A stretch of DNA of 43,634 bases from Candidatus Rokuibacteriota bacterium. GTDB lineage: Bacteria; JAUVQV01; DATDCY01. The stretch spans positions 1 to 43,634 of the forward strand of contig JANOHV010000274.1 of assembly GCA_031406795.1 (NCBI GenBank), in the 5' to 3' direction. The notes beneath the pieces were generated by a model that searched no databases, was not told the origin of the DNA, and saw nothing but the letters and a program-made list of their open reading frames with translations. Shown in pieces: positions 7,366 through 15,660 of this stretch. The stretch's first letter is position 1. Every line of letters begins with the position of its first letter. A program made the position numbers and the translations under genes.

Positions 7366-8084
7366 GAAGGCAAGCCATCGGCGCCGCCCTCGCTCTTTCC
7401 CTGCTCGCCTCCAGCTGTGGCCCGCCGCCCGACGAGGCTGCGCTGCGCTTCCTTGGCTTCGGAGAGACTGTGCCGACCGGCAACCTACGCAACGGCGAGC
7501 CGACCCTCGCGAACGCGGCCTTCATGAACAGCAGTCAGGGCGCCGGTCAGGCGGCAGGCAGCACCGGCGTTGTCGTCTATCGCGCCCACATTGACTATCG
7601 GACGGCCGGGCTTTCTCCTCCGTCATCCGATCATGAATTCACGCTCTACCTCCCGCCGCCGGGCGCCGGATCGACGACGACCGGGATACTCACTTCGCTG
7701 CCGTTGGCGCCGGCCTCGTTGAAACAATGGCTGGTCAACACCGGGGCTTTCCGCGATGCGGCGGCCGTGCCCGCGGCCGAACTCACTGCCAGCATCGTCT
7801 TCTACGGGGAGACTGACGAGGGAGGGGCGCTCGAGACGCGCGTCGAAACCAAGATTGTCCTGGCGAACAATGCGAATATCGAGCCGCCGCCGCCTGTCCC
7901 GAAGGTGCCCTTGCCGCCCACGCCAGAGACGCCAATATCGTCAACCTGCTCCGCGAATTGCTCGGCCTCCGGGGCCTGCAGCGGTCACGATGGCGTCAAC
8001 TGCTCGGCAGGCCCGGACTCCGACGGGTCGGTGATCTGCTTCGACGGGTGGCGGGACTCAACGGTGACGTACCACTGCAATTGA
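7362..8084 (+). CDS. Prophage lipoprotein with Pro-rich linker and 6-Cys C-terminal domain
   Basis: MRRQAIGAALALSLLASSC lipobox-like signal; ATGA overlap with cI; C-terminus CSANCSASGACSGHDGVNCSAGPDSDGSVICFDGWRDSTVTYHCN. Confidence 0.75.
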   Translation: MRRQAIGAALALSLLASSCGPPPDEAALRFLGFGETVPTGNLRNGEPTLANAAFMNSSQGAGQAAGSTGVVVYRAHIDYRTAGLSPPSSDHEFTLYLPPPGAGSTTTGILTSLPLAPASLKQWLVNTGAFRDAAAVPAAELTASIVFYGETDEGGALETRVETKIVLANNANIEPPPPVPKVPLPPTPETPISSTCSANCSASGACSGHDGVNCSAGPDSDGSVICFDGWRDSTVTYHCN

Positions 8085-8096
8085 GGGAGGTGCGGC

Positions 8097-8333
8097 GTGT
8101 TCTTCATCTTCTGGATCTTCTCCGGCCTGATCGGCTACCTGATCGGCCGCGATAAAGGCGAGACGTGGTCCGGCGCGATCATGGGCCTACTGCTCGGGCC
8201 GATCGGGTGGCTGATCGTCTATCTGGCCAAGGGCAACCGCCGCGTATGCCACGCCTGCAAGAGCAAGATCGCCGTGGACGCGACGATCTGCCCGCAGTGC
8301 CGCACGCCTCAGGTATGGGGAGGGAGTTCGTGA
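8097..8333 (+). CDS. Small membrane protein with C-terminal Zn ribbon
   Basis: GGGAGGT RBS; two hydrophobic segments (GLLLGPIGWLIV) followed by CHAC...CPQC. Confidence 0.8.
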   Translation: MFFIFWIFSGLIGYLIGRDKGETWSGAIMGLLLGPIGWLIVYLAKGNRRVCHACKSKIAVDATICPQCRTPQVWGGSS

Positions 8334-8520
8334 AGCACCATGGCTATTGGCGGGAGTGACCCCGCGTCGCCACTCTGTAACCACGCGCCCACACTTCTCG
8401 CCACTTCTTCCGACTCTATCCGGTGCCACGTGGAACAATTTCGCCCCGAGAATTACAGCGCGAAACGATGCGGCCCCGAATTCCCCGAGAAATCGAGCAC
8501 CAGCTGAAACCGTATCGAAT

Positions 8521-8547
8521 CGGGTTCGAGTCCCGTCGGCCCCGCCA
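8521..8547 (+). repeat. Prophage att core: 3' fragment of a tRNA, most likely tRNA-Asp
   Basis: CGGGTTCGAGTCCCGTCGGCCCCGCCA = T arm + acceptor 3' strand + discriminator G + CCA. No matching 5' half upstream. Asp is inferred from the G discriminator and the GGTTCGAGTCCCGTC T arm. Confidence 0.85.
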
Positions 8548-8571
8548 ATCTTCCTCCTCCCAGCACCAAGG

Positions 8572-9813
8572 ATGACCCGGACGAGATTGCGGGCAGCGAC
8601 CCGTCCGTGCGCCGCCGCGTCGATTCTGCTGATCACGCTGCTGGGCGGCTGCGCGGCTCCCCGCATCCAGACCGGACTCCTGCCGGTGCCCCCCGGGCAA
8701 CTGCGCGAACGGCCGCTGGCCGACGACGCCGACTTCACCGGCCTCGCCCCCGCCCTGCGCCAGTCGATCAGTTACTACCGGCGTCTCCCGCAGAGCGCAA
8801 CCTTCATCTACGGAGACCTCGTCTACTCGTCCCGTGAGATGGAAGCCTCGACCGCCCTCTTCCTGCAGATCATCGAGGAGACCGCGGGCGAGGCGCGCGA
8901 TGCCGCGATCCGCGAGAAGTTCCTCTTCTTCGAGAGCCGCAACGAACGCGGCGCGGGTTTCTTCACCGGCTATTTCGAGCCGGTGCTCCCCGGCAGCCTG
9001 ACGGGCTCGGAGCGCTTCCAGGCGCCGCTGTACGGCGTCCCCGCCGACCTGATCACGCTCGATCTGGCCCCGTACGTCGACGGCGGACTGCTTCCCGCCG
9101 AACTGCGCGGCCGGAGCCTGCGCGGCAAACTCCAGGGACGAAAGCTCGTCCCCTACGACGACCGCGACCGGATCAGCTTCGGGGGCGCGCTGGCCGGACG
9201 CGCCGTGCCGCTGGCCTGGGTCGCCGACGAGGTCGAACTCTTCTTCCTGCAGATCCAGGGCTCGGGGTTGATCAGCCTGGAGGACGGCTCGCTGCTGCGC
9301 GTGAACTACGCCGACCAGAACGGCCACCCCTACCGCGCGATCGGCAAACTGCTGCGCGACCGGATCCCGCCGGAGCAGATGTCGCTGCAGGCACTCAAGG
9401 CCTGGCTGCGCGAGCACCCCGGGCAGGTCCGCGAGGTCCTCGACTACAACCCGAGCTACACCTTCTTCCGTCGCGTCGAGGAGGGGCCGCTCGGCAACAT
9501 CCAGGTGCCGCTGACCCCGGGGCGCTCGCTGGCGATGGACGCCCGCCTCGCACCGAAAGGCGGGATCGCCTGGATCGAGACGACGCTGCCGCCCGCGGCG
9601 ACGCCAGGCGCGCCCGACCCGGTGCCGGTGCGCCGCTTCGGCGTGGTGCAGGATACCGGCGGCGCGATCGCCGGGCACGGCCGGGTCGACATCTTCTGGG
9701 GCACGGGAGCGCCGGCAGAGCTGATCGCCGGTCCCTTCAAACAGCAGGGGCGCGTCTTCCTGCTCGTTGCCCGCAGGGAACTTCTGCCGCCAGCCGGGGG
9801 TCGCCTGCCTTGA
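8572..9813 (+). CDS. mltA: Membrane-bound lytic murein transglycosylase A (lipoprotein)
   Basis: Lipobox LLGGC; FTGYFEP, FFLQIQGSG, NPSYTFF, RSLAMD, QDTGGAIAG...RVDIFWG. Confidence 0.93.
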   Translation: MTRTRLRAATRPCAAASILLITLLGGCAAPRIQTGLLPVPPGQLRERPLADDADFTGLAPALRQSISYYRRLPQSATFIYGDLVYSSREMEASTALFLQIIEETAGEARDAAIREKFLFFESRNERGAGFFTGYFEPVLPGSLTGSERFQAPLYGVPADLITLDLAPYVDGGLLPAELRGRSLRGKLQGRKLVPYDDRDRISFGGALAGRAVPLAWVADEVELFFLQIQGSGLISLEDGSLLRVNYADQNGHPYRAIGKLLRDRIPPEQMSLQALKAWLREHPGQVREVLDYNPSYTFFRRVEEGPLGNIQVPLTPGRSLAMDARLAPKGGIAWIETTLPPAATPGAPDPVPVRRFGVVQDTGGAIAGHGRVDIFWGTGAPAELIAGPFKQQGRVFLLVARRELLPPAGGRLP

Positions 9814-10007
9814 AGCCGGCGCGCCCCTCCCTGCTGCTGCTTCTGGTTCTCGCGCTGCTCGGCCTCCTCATCTGGCTCACGGTCACCGGCAGGCTCGGAA
9901 AGAGCCGCCACGGGTACGCCGCAGTCACCTCGACCAAGGACCGGGGCCAGGATTCTGGAACTGATTCGAGACCGGCTACGGGCTTGGGGTTCCCGCAGCC
10001 GGCTTGA
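9810..10007 (+). CDS. Small membrane-anchored hypothetical protein
   Basis: TTGA overlap with the mltA stop; one TM segment. Confidence 0.35.
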   Translation: MKPARPSLLLLLVLALLGLLIWLTVTGRLGKSRHGYAAVTSTKDRGQDSGTDSRPATGLGFPQPA

Positions 10008-10042
10008 CCTGCATGGGGGCGGGGAGGCGCCGCCCCGCGGGG

Positions 10043-10498
10043 TTATTCGATCCGGATCTGCCTCTCCTTGCGCAGCTCTTTCGCGGTCTTGGGGATCACG
10101 ATTTCCAGAACCCCCTCCTTGAACCGTGCCTTGACCTTGTCGGCCTGAACCGGGGCCGGCAGTCTATAAGAGCGGCTGAACGCTGCGAAGGAGCGCTCCC
10201 TCTTCTTCGACCCCGAAATCGTCAGAATGTTCTCCGCGATCTTGAGCTCGAGATCTTCTTTCGCGACCCCGGAGAGTTCGGCCTTGACGACGACATTGCC
10301 GTTGTCCTCGCAGATGTCAAAGCTCGGCTCAATCGCCAGAGGCGCGCCTGCCGCCGCCGATGCCACGCCGCCGACCGGGGTCAGAGGCGCACGAAAGATT
10401 TCTCCGAACTCACGCTCCACTTCGTCGAGGAGGGAGAAAGGTTTCGTGAGCCACATCGTCGCGGTCCCGGCCAGCTGTTGGCTCTCACCCTGTTCCAT
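10043..10498 (-). CDS. Hsp20/alpha-crystallin small heat-shock protein
   Basis: PSFDICED...VVKAELSGVAKEDL...LTISG...FSRSYRLP...VKARFKEGVLEIVIPK. Confidence 0.9.
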   Translation of the reverse strand: MEQGESQQLAGTATMWLTKPFSLLDEVEREFGEIFRAPLTPVGGVASAAAGAPLAIEPSFDICEDNGNVVVKAELSGVAKEDLELKIAENILTISGSKKRERSFAAFSRSYRLPAPVQADKVKARFKEGVLEIVIPKTAKELRKERQIRIE

Positions 10499-10570
10499 GG
10501 CGCGCTCCCGTTGCTGTTGAGTCGCCCGGCCGAACCGGACCGGCGCCGGCACCGCCGGCACAATCCCCTA

Positions 10571-11050
10571 TCAAGTCATTGCGGCGAGCGCCGGTTCCCG
10601 CGCCCGAAACGCCTGTGGCGCCTGCGCCTTCGCGGCGACGTGGAGTTCCTCCTGGAAGAAGACCAGGTAAGGCCGCTCACCAACACGCATCGGGTAGACA
10701 TGCGCCCGTGACTGAAAGTGCGTGCCGCAGAAGCGCTCGCTTTGCAGCGTCCCATGCCAGATGCCCTGCTGATTGACGCCGGAACGGATCCCGTCCAGGA
10801 GACGCAAACCGGCGGCTGCGGGGCCGACGCCGAGGATTGCGTTGTGCTTGCCCAGGAAGAGGCGTCGCGAGGCGCCGAACATGATCTCGAAGGCGCGATT
10901 CACCTCCACGATCAACCCTTCCGCGTTCACGACGTGGATCGCGAGGGCCGCCGACTCGAAGGACCCCTGCCCGGGCGCTTCTCCCGGAGCGTCCCCGGCA
11001 CCGGCCGACCGCCGGCACATGGATCGCTGCGCTTTCGCGATTCTTCCCAT
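10571..11050 (-). CDS. Stand-alone PAS-domain protein (start uncertain)
   Basis: FESAALAIHVVNAEGLIVEVNRAFEIMFG...LGK...WHGTL, a PAS/PAC pattern with no output domain. Confidence 0.7.
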   Translation of the reverse strand: MGRIAKAQRSMCRRSAGAGDAPGEAPGQGSFESAALAIHVVNAEGLIVEVNRAFEIMFGASRRLFLGKHNAILGVGPAAAGLRLLDGIRSGVNQQGIWHGTLQSERFCGTHFQSRAHVYPMRVGERPYLVFFQEELHVAAKAQAPQAFRAREPALAAMT

Positions 11051-11262
11051 GACTGCCAACGTACGCCGGCGTCTCGGGGGAGGCTATGGGGTCTTCACGG
11101 TAATTCCGCGGGTGAAACCCCGCCGGAGCGCGAGCCACAGACCCGGCGTCGGCCTCCGGGAAGGAGACCACATCGACTGCGAATTACCCTGGGCAAGTCC
11201 TCACCCGGACAGTGCTACGAAGCACGAATTGCCGGATGAAGTGGATCTCAGGTCCGAGGCGA

Positions 11263-12219
11263 TCAGGGGGCCGGCACGGCAGTACGCTGGTACCGCACCT
11301 TCTCGCCGTGGCAGCTGGCCATGCACTCCCCGCCCTCGTCGCTGCGGCGGTACTCCATCTTCATGCAGAGCGAGGCGCCACAATCCAGTTCGGTGCGGGT
11401 CAGCGCCGCGGTGTTGGCCGAGTGCGCCTCGTGACAGGTGCGGCAGGTCAGACCCTTCTCGCCGGCGGCCTTCTCGGAGCGCCGCCCTTCGACGAGAACG
11501 TGCAGCGCGTGCAGGTTGCGCGCGCCGTCGCTGAAGCGCGTTTTGCCCCCGCCCGTCCCCTCGAGAAGCCGCGCGCGCTCGTGGCATCCCAGGCAAAAGC
11601 CGTAGTCCTTTTCCCCGTGCAGCGCCTCGCGCTCGAGCGTGTAGTCGCCCTTGAGCAGCCGGATCCGTCCGCCGCCGTGTGGGTCGTGGCAGCCGAGGCA
11701 GAGGGCTTTCTTCACCGGGTCGTGCGCCACCGCGCGCGCGAATGCCGCCCGCTCGTGACAGAGAAAACAGAAGTCGCGATTGATCGGAATGCGAAGTTTG
11801 CCGTCGCTGCGATGGCACTTCTCGCAGGTCCCGGCCTTCACGGGCGCGTGCAGCTCGCTGCGCAGCAGGCGCTTGTTCGGCGAGCGGTGCGGGTCGTGGC
11901 AGCCGATGCACGGCGCCTTGCCGGTCGGCACGATCTTGCGATGGGCGGCGAGGAACTTCCCCTCGACGAACTCGTGGCATTGGGCGCAGAGCGCGTTGCC
12001 CTCCTCGGTCAGCACCAGCCGCTCCTGGTCGCCATGGTCGGCGTGACAGGAGCCGCAGTCCTTTTCGCCGAAGGGCGGGTGCACCACGGTGCCGCCGGGC
12101 GAGATCGCGGACAGCTCGTGGCAGTCAAGGCACTCCTCCGCCAAAGCGGGCCACGGGAAGAAGCTCATCCCAACGATGACCAGAAACAAAAGGGAAGCTC
12201 GATGCATGGGGCGGTACAT
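11263..12219 (-). CDS. Periplasmic multiheme cytochrome c (doubled-CXXCH type, ~10 hemes)
   Basis: Signal peptide ending ALA-EE. Nine CXXCH (CLDCH, CGSCH, CAQCH, CIGCH, CEKCH, CFLCH, CLGCH x2, CRTCH) plus one CX3CH (CMASCH); repeated HxP...CxxCHxPH units. Confidence 0.92.
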   Translation of the reverse strand: MYRPMHRASLLFLVIVGMSFFPWPALAEECLDCHELSAISPGGTVVHPPFGEKDCGSCHADHGDQERLVLTEEGNALCAQCHEFVEGKFLAAHRKIVPTGKAPCIGCHDPHRSPNKRLLRSELHAPVKAGTCEKCHRSDGKLRIPINRDFCFLCHERAAFARAVAHDPVKKALCLGCHDPHGGGRIRLLKGDYTLEREALHGEKDYGFCLGCHERARLLEGTGGGKTRFSDGARNLHALHVLVEGRRSEKAAGEKGLTCRTCHEAHSANTAALTRTELDCGASLCMKMEYRRSDEGGECMASCHGEKVRYQRTAVPAP

Positions 12220-12300
12220 TACCTGAGTGCCCGTGTGATTACCAGCCCGATGGCCTGGCCAGGCAGGGAGTCTTGTGCACACACTTCAGCCAATGGACGT

Positions 12301-12460
12301 CGGGCGGGGATCAACCCCGCCCCTACGATGCAAACGTTCGGGTGTGGGGGAGGGGATCAACCGCCCCTACGATGTACTCGTTCGGGTGTAGGGGAGGGGA
12401 AACAACACCCCTACGATGTACTCGTTCGGGTTTAGGGGAGGGGATCACCCCCTCCTGCGC
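12301..12460. repeat. GTAG-type REP cluster with three ~44-bp tandem units
   Basis: ccctacgatg at 12321, 12365 and 12409; hairpins gggcggggatcaaccccgccc and ggggaggggatcaccccctcc. Confidence 0.85.
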
Positions 12461-12476
12461 CGAGGACGGTACTTGT

Positions 12477-13646
12477 TCAGGAACCCGGCGCGGGGTGTTG
12501 CTGAGTTAAACAGTGAATCGTGCCGAACCCCCAGACCAGATCCACCGCGTGGATGCCGATCACGGGCCGGTCGCGGAAGAGCTCCGCGAGGATGCCGAGC
12601 GCGACGCGGTCCATCGGGTCGTTGAAGGTCGGCACGAGCACCGCCGCGTTCGCGATGTAGAAATTGGCATAACTAGCCGGCAGCCGCTGCCCGTCGAAGT
12701 GCAGCGGGGCGGGCAGCGGCAGCCCCACGACTTCGAGCTTCGACCCATCCTCGAGCCGCGCCGATGCGAGCCGCTCGCGATTCTCGGCGAGCGCCGCGTA
12801 GTTGGCATCGGCGGCGTTCGTCTCCTCGCAGACGACGACGGTGCGCGGGCCGACGAAGCGGCAGAGATCGTCGATGTGCCCGTGGGTGTCGTCGCCGGCG
12901 ATTCCCCGTCCCAGCCAGATCACGTTCTTCGCGCCGAGCCAGCGCTCGAAGATCTCTTCGTAGTCGCTCCGGCCGAAGCCCGGATTGCGCACCTGCACGC
13001 CGGGGTCGAGCAGGCATTCCTCCGTGGTGATCAGCGTGCCCTTCCCGTTGACTTCGACCGCCCCGCCCTCGAGGACGACCTGACGCCCCGCATGCGTGGC
13101 GGCGACCAGCGGCAGCCCGAGCGCCGCGGCGGCCTTCGGTGCGACCGCGTCGTCGCGGCGCCAGTCCGGATAGCGGGCCCAGGCGGTGAAGCGAAAACGC
13201 ACGACCTCCGCCTCGCCGCGCGCGCCGTGCAGCACCGTGATCGGCCCGGTGTCGCGCGTCCAGCCGCGGTCGGAGGCGATGCGGAAGAATTCCACCCGTT
13301 CGGCGTCGACGCCGACGCGTTCGAGCACCCGGCGGGCGCGCGCTTCGTGCGTCGCGTCTGCGACAATGACGCGGAGGATCTCGCCCACGGCGATCCGCCG
13401 GGCCATCTCGGCGAAGGCCCAGGGAATGGCGCCGAACTTGCCGGGCCAGTCCGAGGCGTTGCGCGGCCAGCTGATCCAGGTGGCCTCATGCCCCTCCCAC
13501 TCCCCCGGCATCCGCCGCCGCGCCCGCAAAGGACCCATCTGCGGCGTTGCGCTGCATCCTTCGTCACTGCGGCGTACGGACTCGTACGCCTCATTCCTCA
13601 GGATTTGCGCGCCTTGCACCTGGGTCCTTTTCGGGTGCGGCGGCAT
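12477..13646 (-). CDS. aguA: Agmatine deiminase (start 13646, 13538 or 13511)
   Basis: RMPGEWEGHEATWISWP, WTRDTGP, VLEGGA, DDTHGHID, ASYANFYIAN, GTIHCLTQQ; adjacent to aguB. Confidence 0.93.
   Translation of the reverse strand: MPPHPKRTQVQGAQILRNEAYESVRRSDEGCSATPQMGPLRARRRMPGEWEGHEATWISWPRNASDWPGKFGAIPWAFAEMARRIAVGEILRVIVADATHEARARRVLERVGVDAERVEFFRIASDRGWTRDTGPITVLHGARGEAEVVRFRFTAWARYPDWRRDDAVAPKAAAALGLPLVAATHAGRQVVLEGGAVEVNGKGTLITTEECLLDPGVQVRNPGFGRSDYEEIFERWLGAKNVIWLGRGIAGDDTHGHIDDLCRFVGPRTVVVCEETNAADANYAALAENRERLASARLEDGSKLEVVGLPLPAPLHFDGQRLPASYANFYIANAAVLVPTFNDPMDRVALGILAELFRDRPVIGIHAVDLVWGFGTIHCLTQQHPAPGS
13521..13640 (-). mobile_element. TIR repeat element (MITE-like), copy at the aguA 5' end
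   Basis: Reverse complement matches 41290-41411 (ccaggtgcaaggcg...tcctgaggaatgaggcgtacgag...gtacgccgcagtgacgaagga...caacgccgcagatgggtc). Confidence 0.85.
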
Positions 13647-13651
13647 GCAGA

Positions 13652-14572
13652 TTACTTCCGACCGGACTCGTCGAGGAAGCGCTGCGTGAGGCCGGCGTAG
13701 GCGTCGATGCGCCGGTCGCGCAGGAAGGGCCAGTTGCGCCGGACCTCTTCGAGGCGCGCCCGGTTGATCTCGACGATGAGGATCTCCTCCTGCTGCGTCC
13801 CCGCCTCGGCGAGCAGCACCCCCTGCGGGTCGCAGCAGAATGAGGTGCCCCAGAATTCGAGGCCGGCGGCCGACGGCTCCGGTCGCTCGAGGCCGACGCG
13901 GTTGACCGCTGCGAGATACACGCCGTTGGCGATCGCGTGGCCGCGCTGCACGGTGCGCCAGGCATCGCGCTGCGCCTCGCCCTCGGCCTGCTTCTCGGCG
14001 GGGTGCCAGCCGATTGCCGTCGGGTAGAGGAGCACCTCGGCGCCGGCGAGCGCCATCAGCCGCGCCGCCTCCGGGAACCACTGGTCCCAGCAGACCAGCA
14101 CGCCGATGCGCCCGACGCGGGTGTCGACGGGCCTGAACCCGAGATCGCCCGGCGTGAAGTAATACTTCTCGTAGTAGCCGGGATCGTCGGGGATGTGCAT
14201 CTTGCGGTAGATTCCGGCCAGGGAGCCGTCGGCGTCGATGATCGCGGCGGTATTGTGGGCGATGCCGGGAGCGCGCCGCTCGAAGAGTGAAGCGACGACG
14301 ACGACCCCGTGGCGCCGCGCCGCCTCGGCAAGGGCATCGGTGCTCGGGCCGGGAACGGGCTCAGCGAGATCGAAGCAGGAGACATCCTCGCGCTGGCAGA
14401 AATACGGGGTGCGAAACAGCTCGGGGAGGCAGACGAGAACCGCCCCGAGGCCGGCCGCGTCACCGATCAGCTCGATCGCCCGCGCGAGATTCGCGGCGGG
14501 ATCCTCACCCACGCGCATCTGGACCAGACCGATGCGAAAAATCGCCGGACCCCCTCCCGCCACTGGCTCCAC
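13652..14572 (-). CDS. aguB: N-carbamoylputrescine amidohydrolase (nitrilase family)
   Basis: LPELF, YRKMHIPDDPGYYEKYYFTPGD, CWDQWFPE (E-K-C triad), YPTAIGW, FLRDRRIDAY. Confidence 0.93.
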   Translation of the reverse strand: MEPVAGGGPAIFRIGLVQMRVGEDPAANLARAIELIGDAAGLGAVLVCLPELFRTPYFCQREDVSCFDLAEPVPGPSTDALAEAARRHGVVVVASLFERRAPGIAHNTAAIIDADGSLAGIYRKMHIPDDPGYYEKYYFTPGDLGFRPVDTRVGRIGVLVCWDQWFPEAARLMALAGAEVLLYPTAIGWHPAEKQAEGEAQRDAWRTVQRGHAIANGVYLAAVNRVGLERPEPSAAGLEFWGTSFCCDPQGVLLAEAGTQQEEILIVEINRARLEEVRRNWPFLRDRRIDAYAGLTQRFLDESGRK

Positions 14573-14584
14573 CTGCCGCCGCGC

Positions 14585-15070
14585 CTACTCGGCGCGATTG
14601 ACGTCGAAGACGTAGTGGATGTAGCGCACCTCCACCGGCGCGGTCGGGTCGGCCGTCGGCAGATAGACGTAGGCCTGAAAGGTCAGGATCGTCTCCTCCT
14701 CGTGCTCGACGGCGAAGAGTTTGGTCTCTTCGCCGCCGGCTTTCGGCTTCATGCCGATCTCGTTCGTGGCCAGCCAGCGCCAGACGAACTCCTGCGGCAG
14801 GTTCTCGTCCGGGGTCGACCCCGTGCCGTCGTCGGAGAAGGTGATCTCGAAGGCCGCCGGCGTGCCGCAGCGCACCAGCTTGCCCACTTCTTTCTGGCAT
14901 TTCAGCTTCGCGCCGGTCCAGTGTCCGCCGAGGCGGGTGTTCACCGCCGCCGGCACCGCGGGCGCGGCTGCCGCGGGCGCCTGCACCGCCGGCCCCTCGG
15001 CGCGCGCGGGGACGATCGAAACAACCGCGGCCAGCAGGACCGCCGCGAACGCCTGCCTGTATACCCTCAC
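14585..15070 (-). CDS. Secreted hypothetical protein (lipocalin-like beta fold possible)
   Basis: GTG overlapping the upstream stop, GGAAGGAG RBS, signal peptide ending ARA-EG, LGGHW motif, one Cys pair. Confidence 0.65.
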   Translation of the reverse strand: MRVYRQAFAAVLLAAVVSIVPARAEGPAVQAPAAAAPAVPAAVNTRLGGHWTGAKLKCQKEVGKLVRCGTPAAFEITFSDDGTGSTPDENLPQEFVWRWLATNEIGMKPKAGGEETKLFAVEHEEETILTFQAYVYLPTADPTAPVEVRYIHYVFDVNRAE

Positions 15071-15489
15071 CCTGGCACTCCTTCCTGTTCGGGTCCCGGC
15101 TGCCGGTAGGCCAATCCCACCACCGTCACGCCGCCCGTCCTGCTGATACCGAGGGCCACCGAACGCTCCCGGTCCCGATAACTCGAAAAGACCGCGTTCT
15201 CGACGACCACCTCCGAGAGCAGGGTCCACCCACCGGCCTCCAGACGAGACCGCAACTGTTTCTCCACGGTCAGGACCGGTTCGTCGGTCTCGAAGACCAG
15301 ACTCAGCCCCTTGCTGCCGAGGTCCCGCGCCGAACGCAGCCGCGCGCCCTGCGGCAGCGGTACGTCCGACGGCAGCTCGGCCGGAAGCCGGACCCGGCGC
15401 TCCGTGCCGCCGCCTCCCGCCCCGCACCCGCACCAGGCGACGGCGAATGCGGCGACGAGAGCCAGAACCGCAACCCTGCGAACCACCAT
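15067..15489 (-). CDS. Lipoprotein, hypothetical
   Basis: GAGGTGG RBS; signal with WCGC; LPAELPSDVPLP...LEAGGW pattern. Confidence 0.65.
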   Translation of the reverse strand: MVVRRVAVLALVAAFAVAWCGCGAGGGGTERRVRLPAELPSDVPLPQGARLRSARDLGSKGLSLVFETDEPVLTVEKQLRSRLEAGGWTLLSEVVVENAVFSSYRDRERSVALGISRTGGVTVVGLAYRQPGPEQEGVPG

Positions 15490-15579
15490 TCCACCTCTCG
15501 TTCGAGAGCCGCCTCGACCTGCCCACATCGCGCGCGGAACCTGCAGAGTGTAGCCACACGCCATGAAAAATCAAGCGGC

Positions 15580-15608
15580 TTGCGGACGGGTGGCGCCTGC
15601 CGTACACT
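15580..15608 (+). promoter_or_regulatory. Putative sigma70 promoter for the kup pair
   Basis: TTGCGG-N17-TACACT. Confidence 0.45.
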
Positions 15609-15660
15609 TCCTCTCCCATGAAGACCGTCGTCCTGCTGATCGGCCGCGAGGGGGCTTCAC

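Larger units (their letters stand above)
1..8547. mobile_element. Prophage, early/immunity end (continues beyond the left edge of the window)
   Basis: Divergent cI/cro-like pair, CII-like, Xis-like HTH, RecT plus PD-(D/E)XK nuclease, Dam-like MTase, and a chain of short ORFs coupled by (A/G)TGA overlaps. Ends at a tRNA 3' fragment, followed by the host gene mltA. Confidence 0.92.

Noticed and set aside
8470-8547. Complete tRNA gene
   Set aside because: No 5' acceptor strand (GGGGCCG), D arm or anticodon arm upstream of the T arm; only the 3' 27 nt are tRNA-like.
8347-8571. N-terminal extension of MltA in the ORF track
   Set aside because: It runs across the att site; the lipoprotein signal begins at ATG 8572.
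12301-12460. Possible CRISPR mini-array
   Set aside because: The intervening sequences are near-identical rather than unique spacers, the units are GTAG/CTAC REP hairpins found elsewhere in the window, and no cas genes are present.
15490-15660. c-di-AMP (ydaO) riboswitch upstream of kup
   Set aside because: No recognisable conserved motifs, and little room after the predicted promoter; an Rfam scan would settle it.
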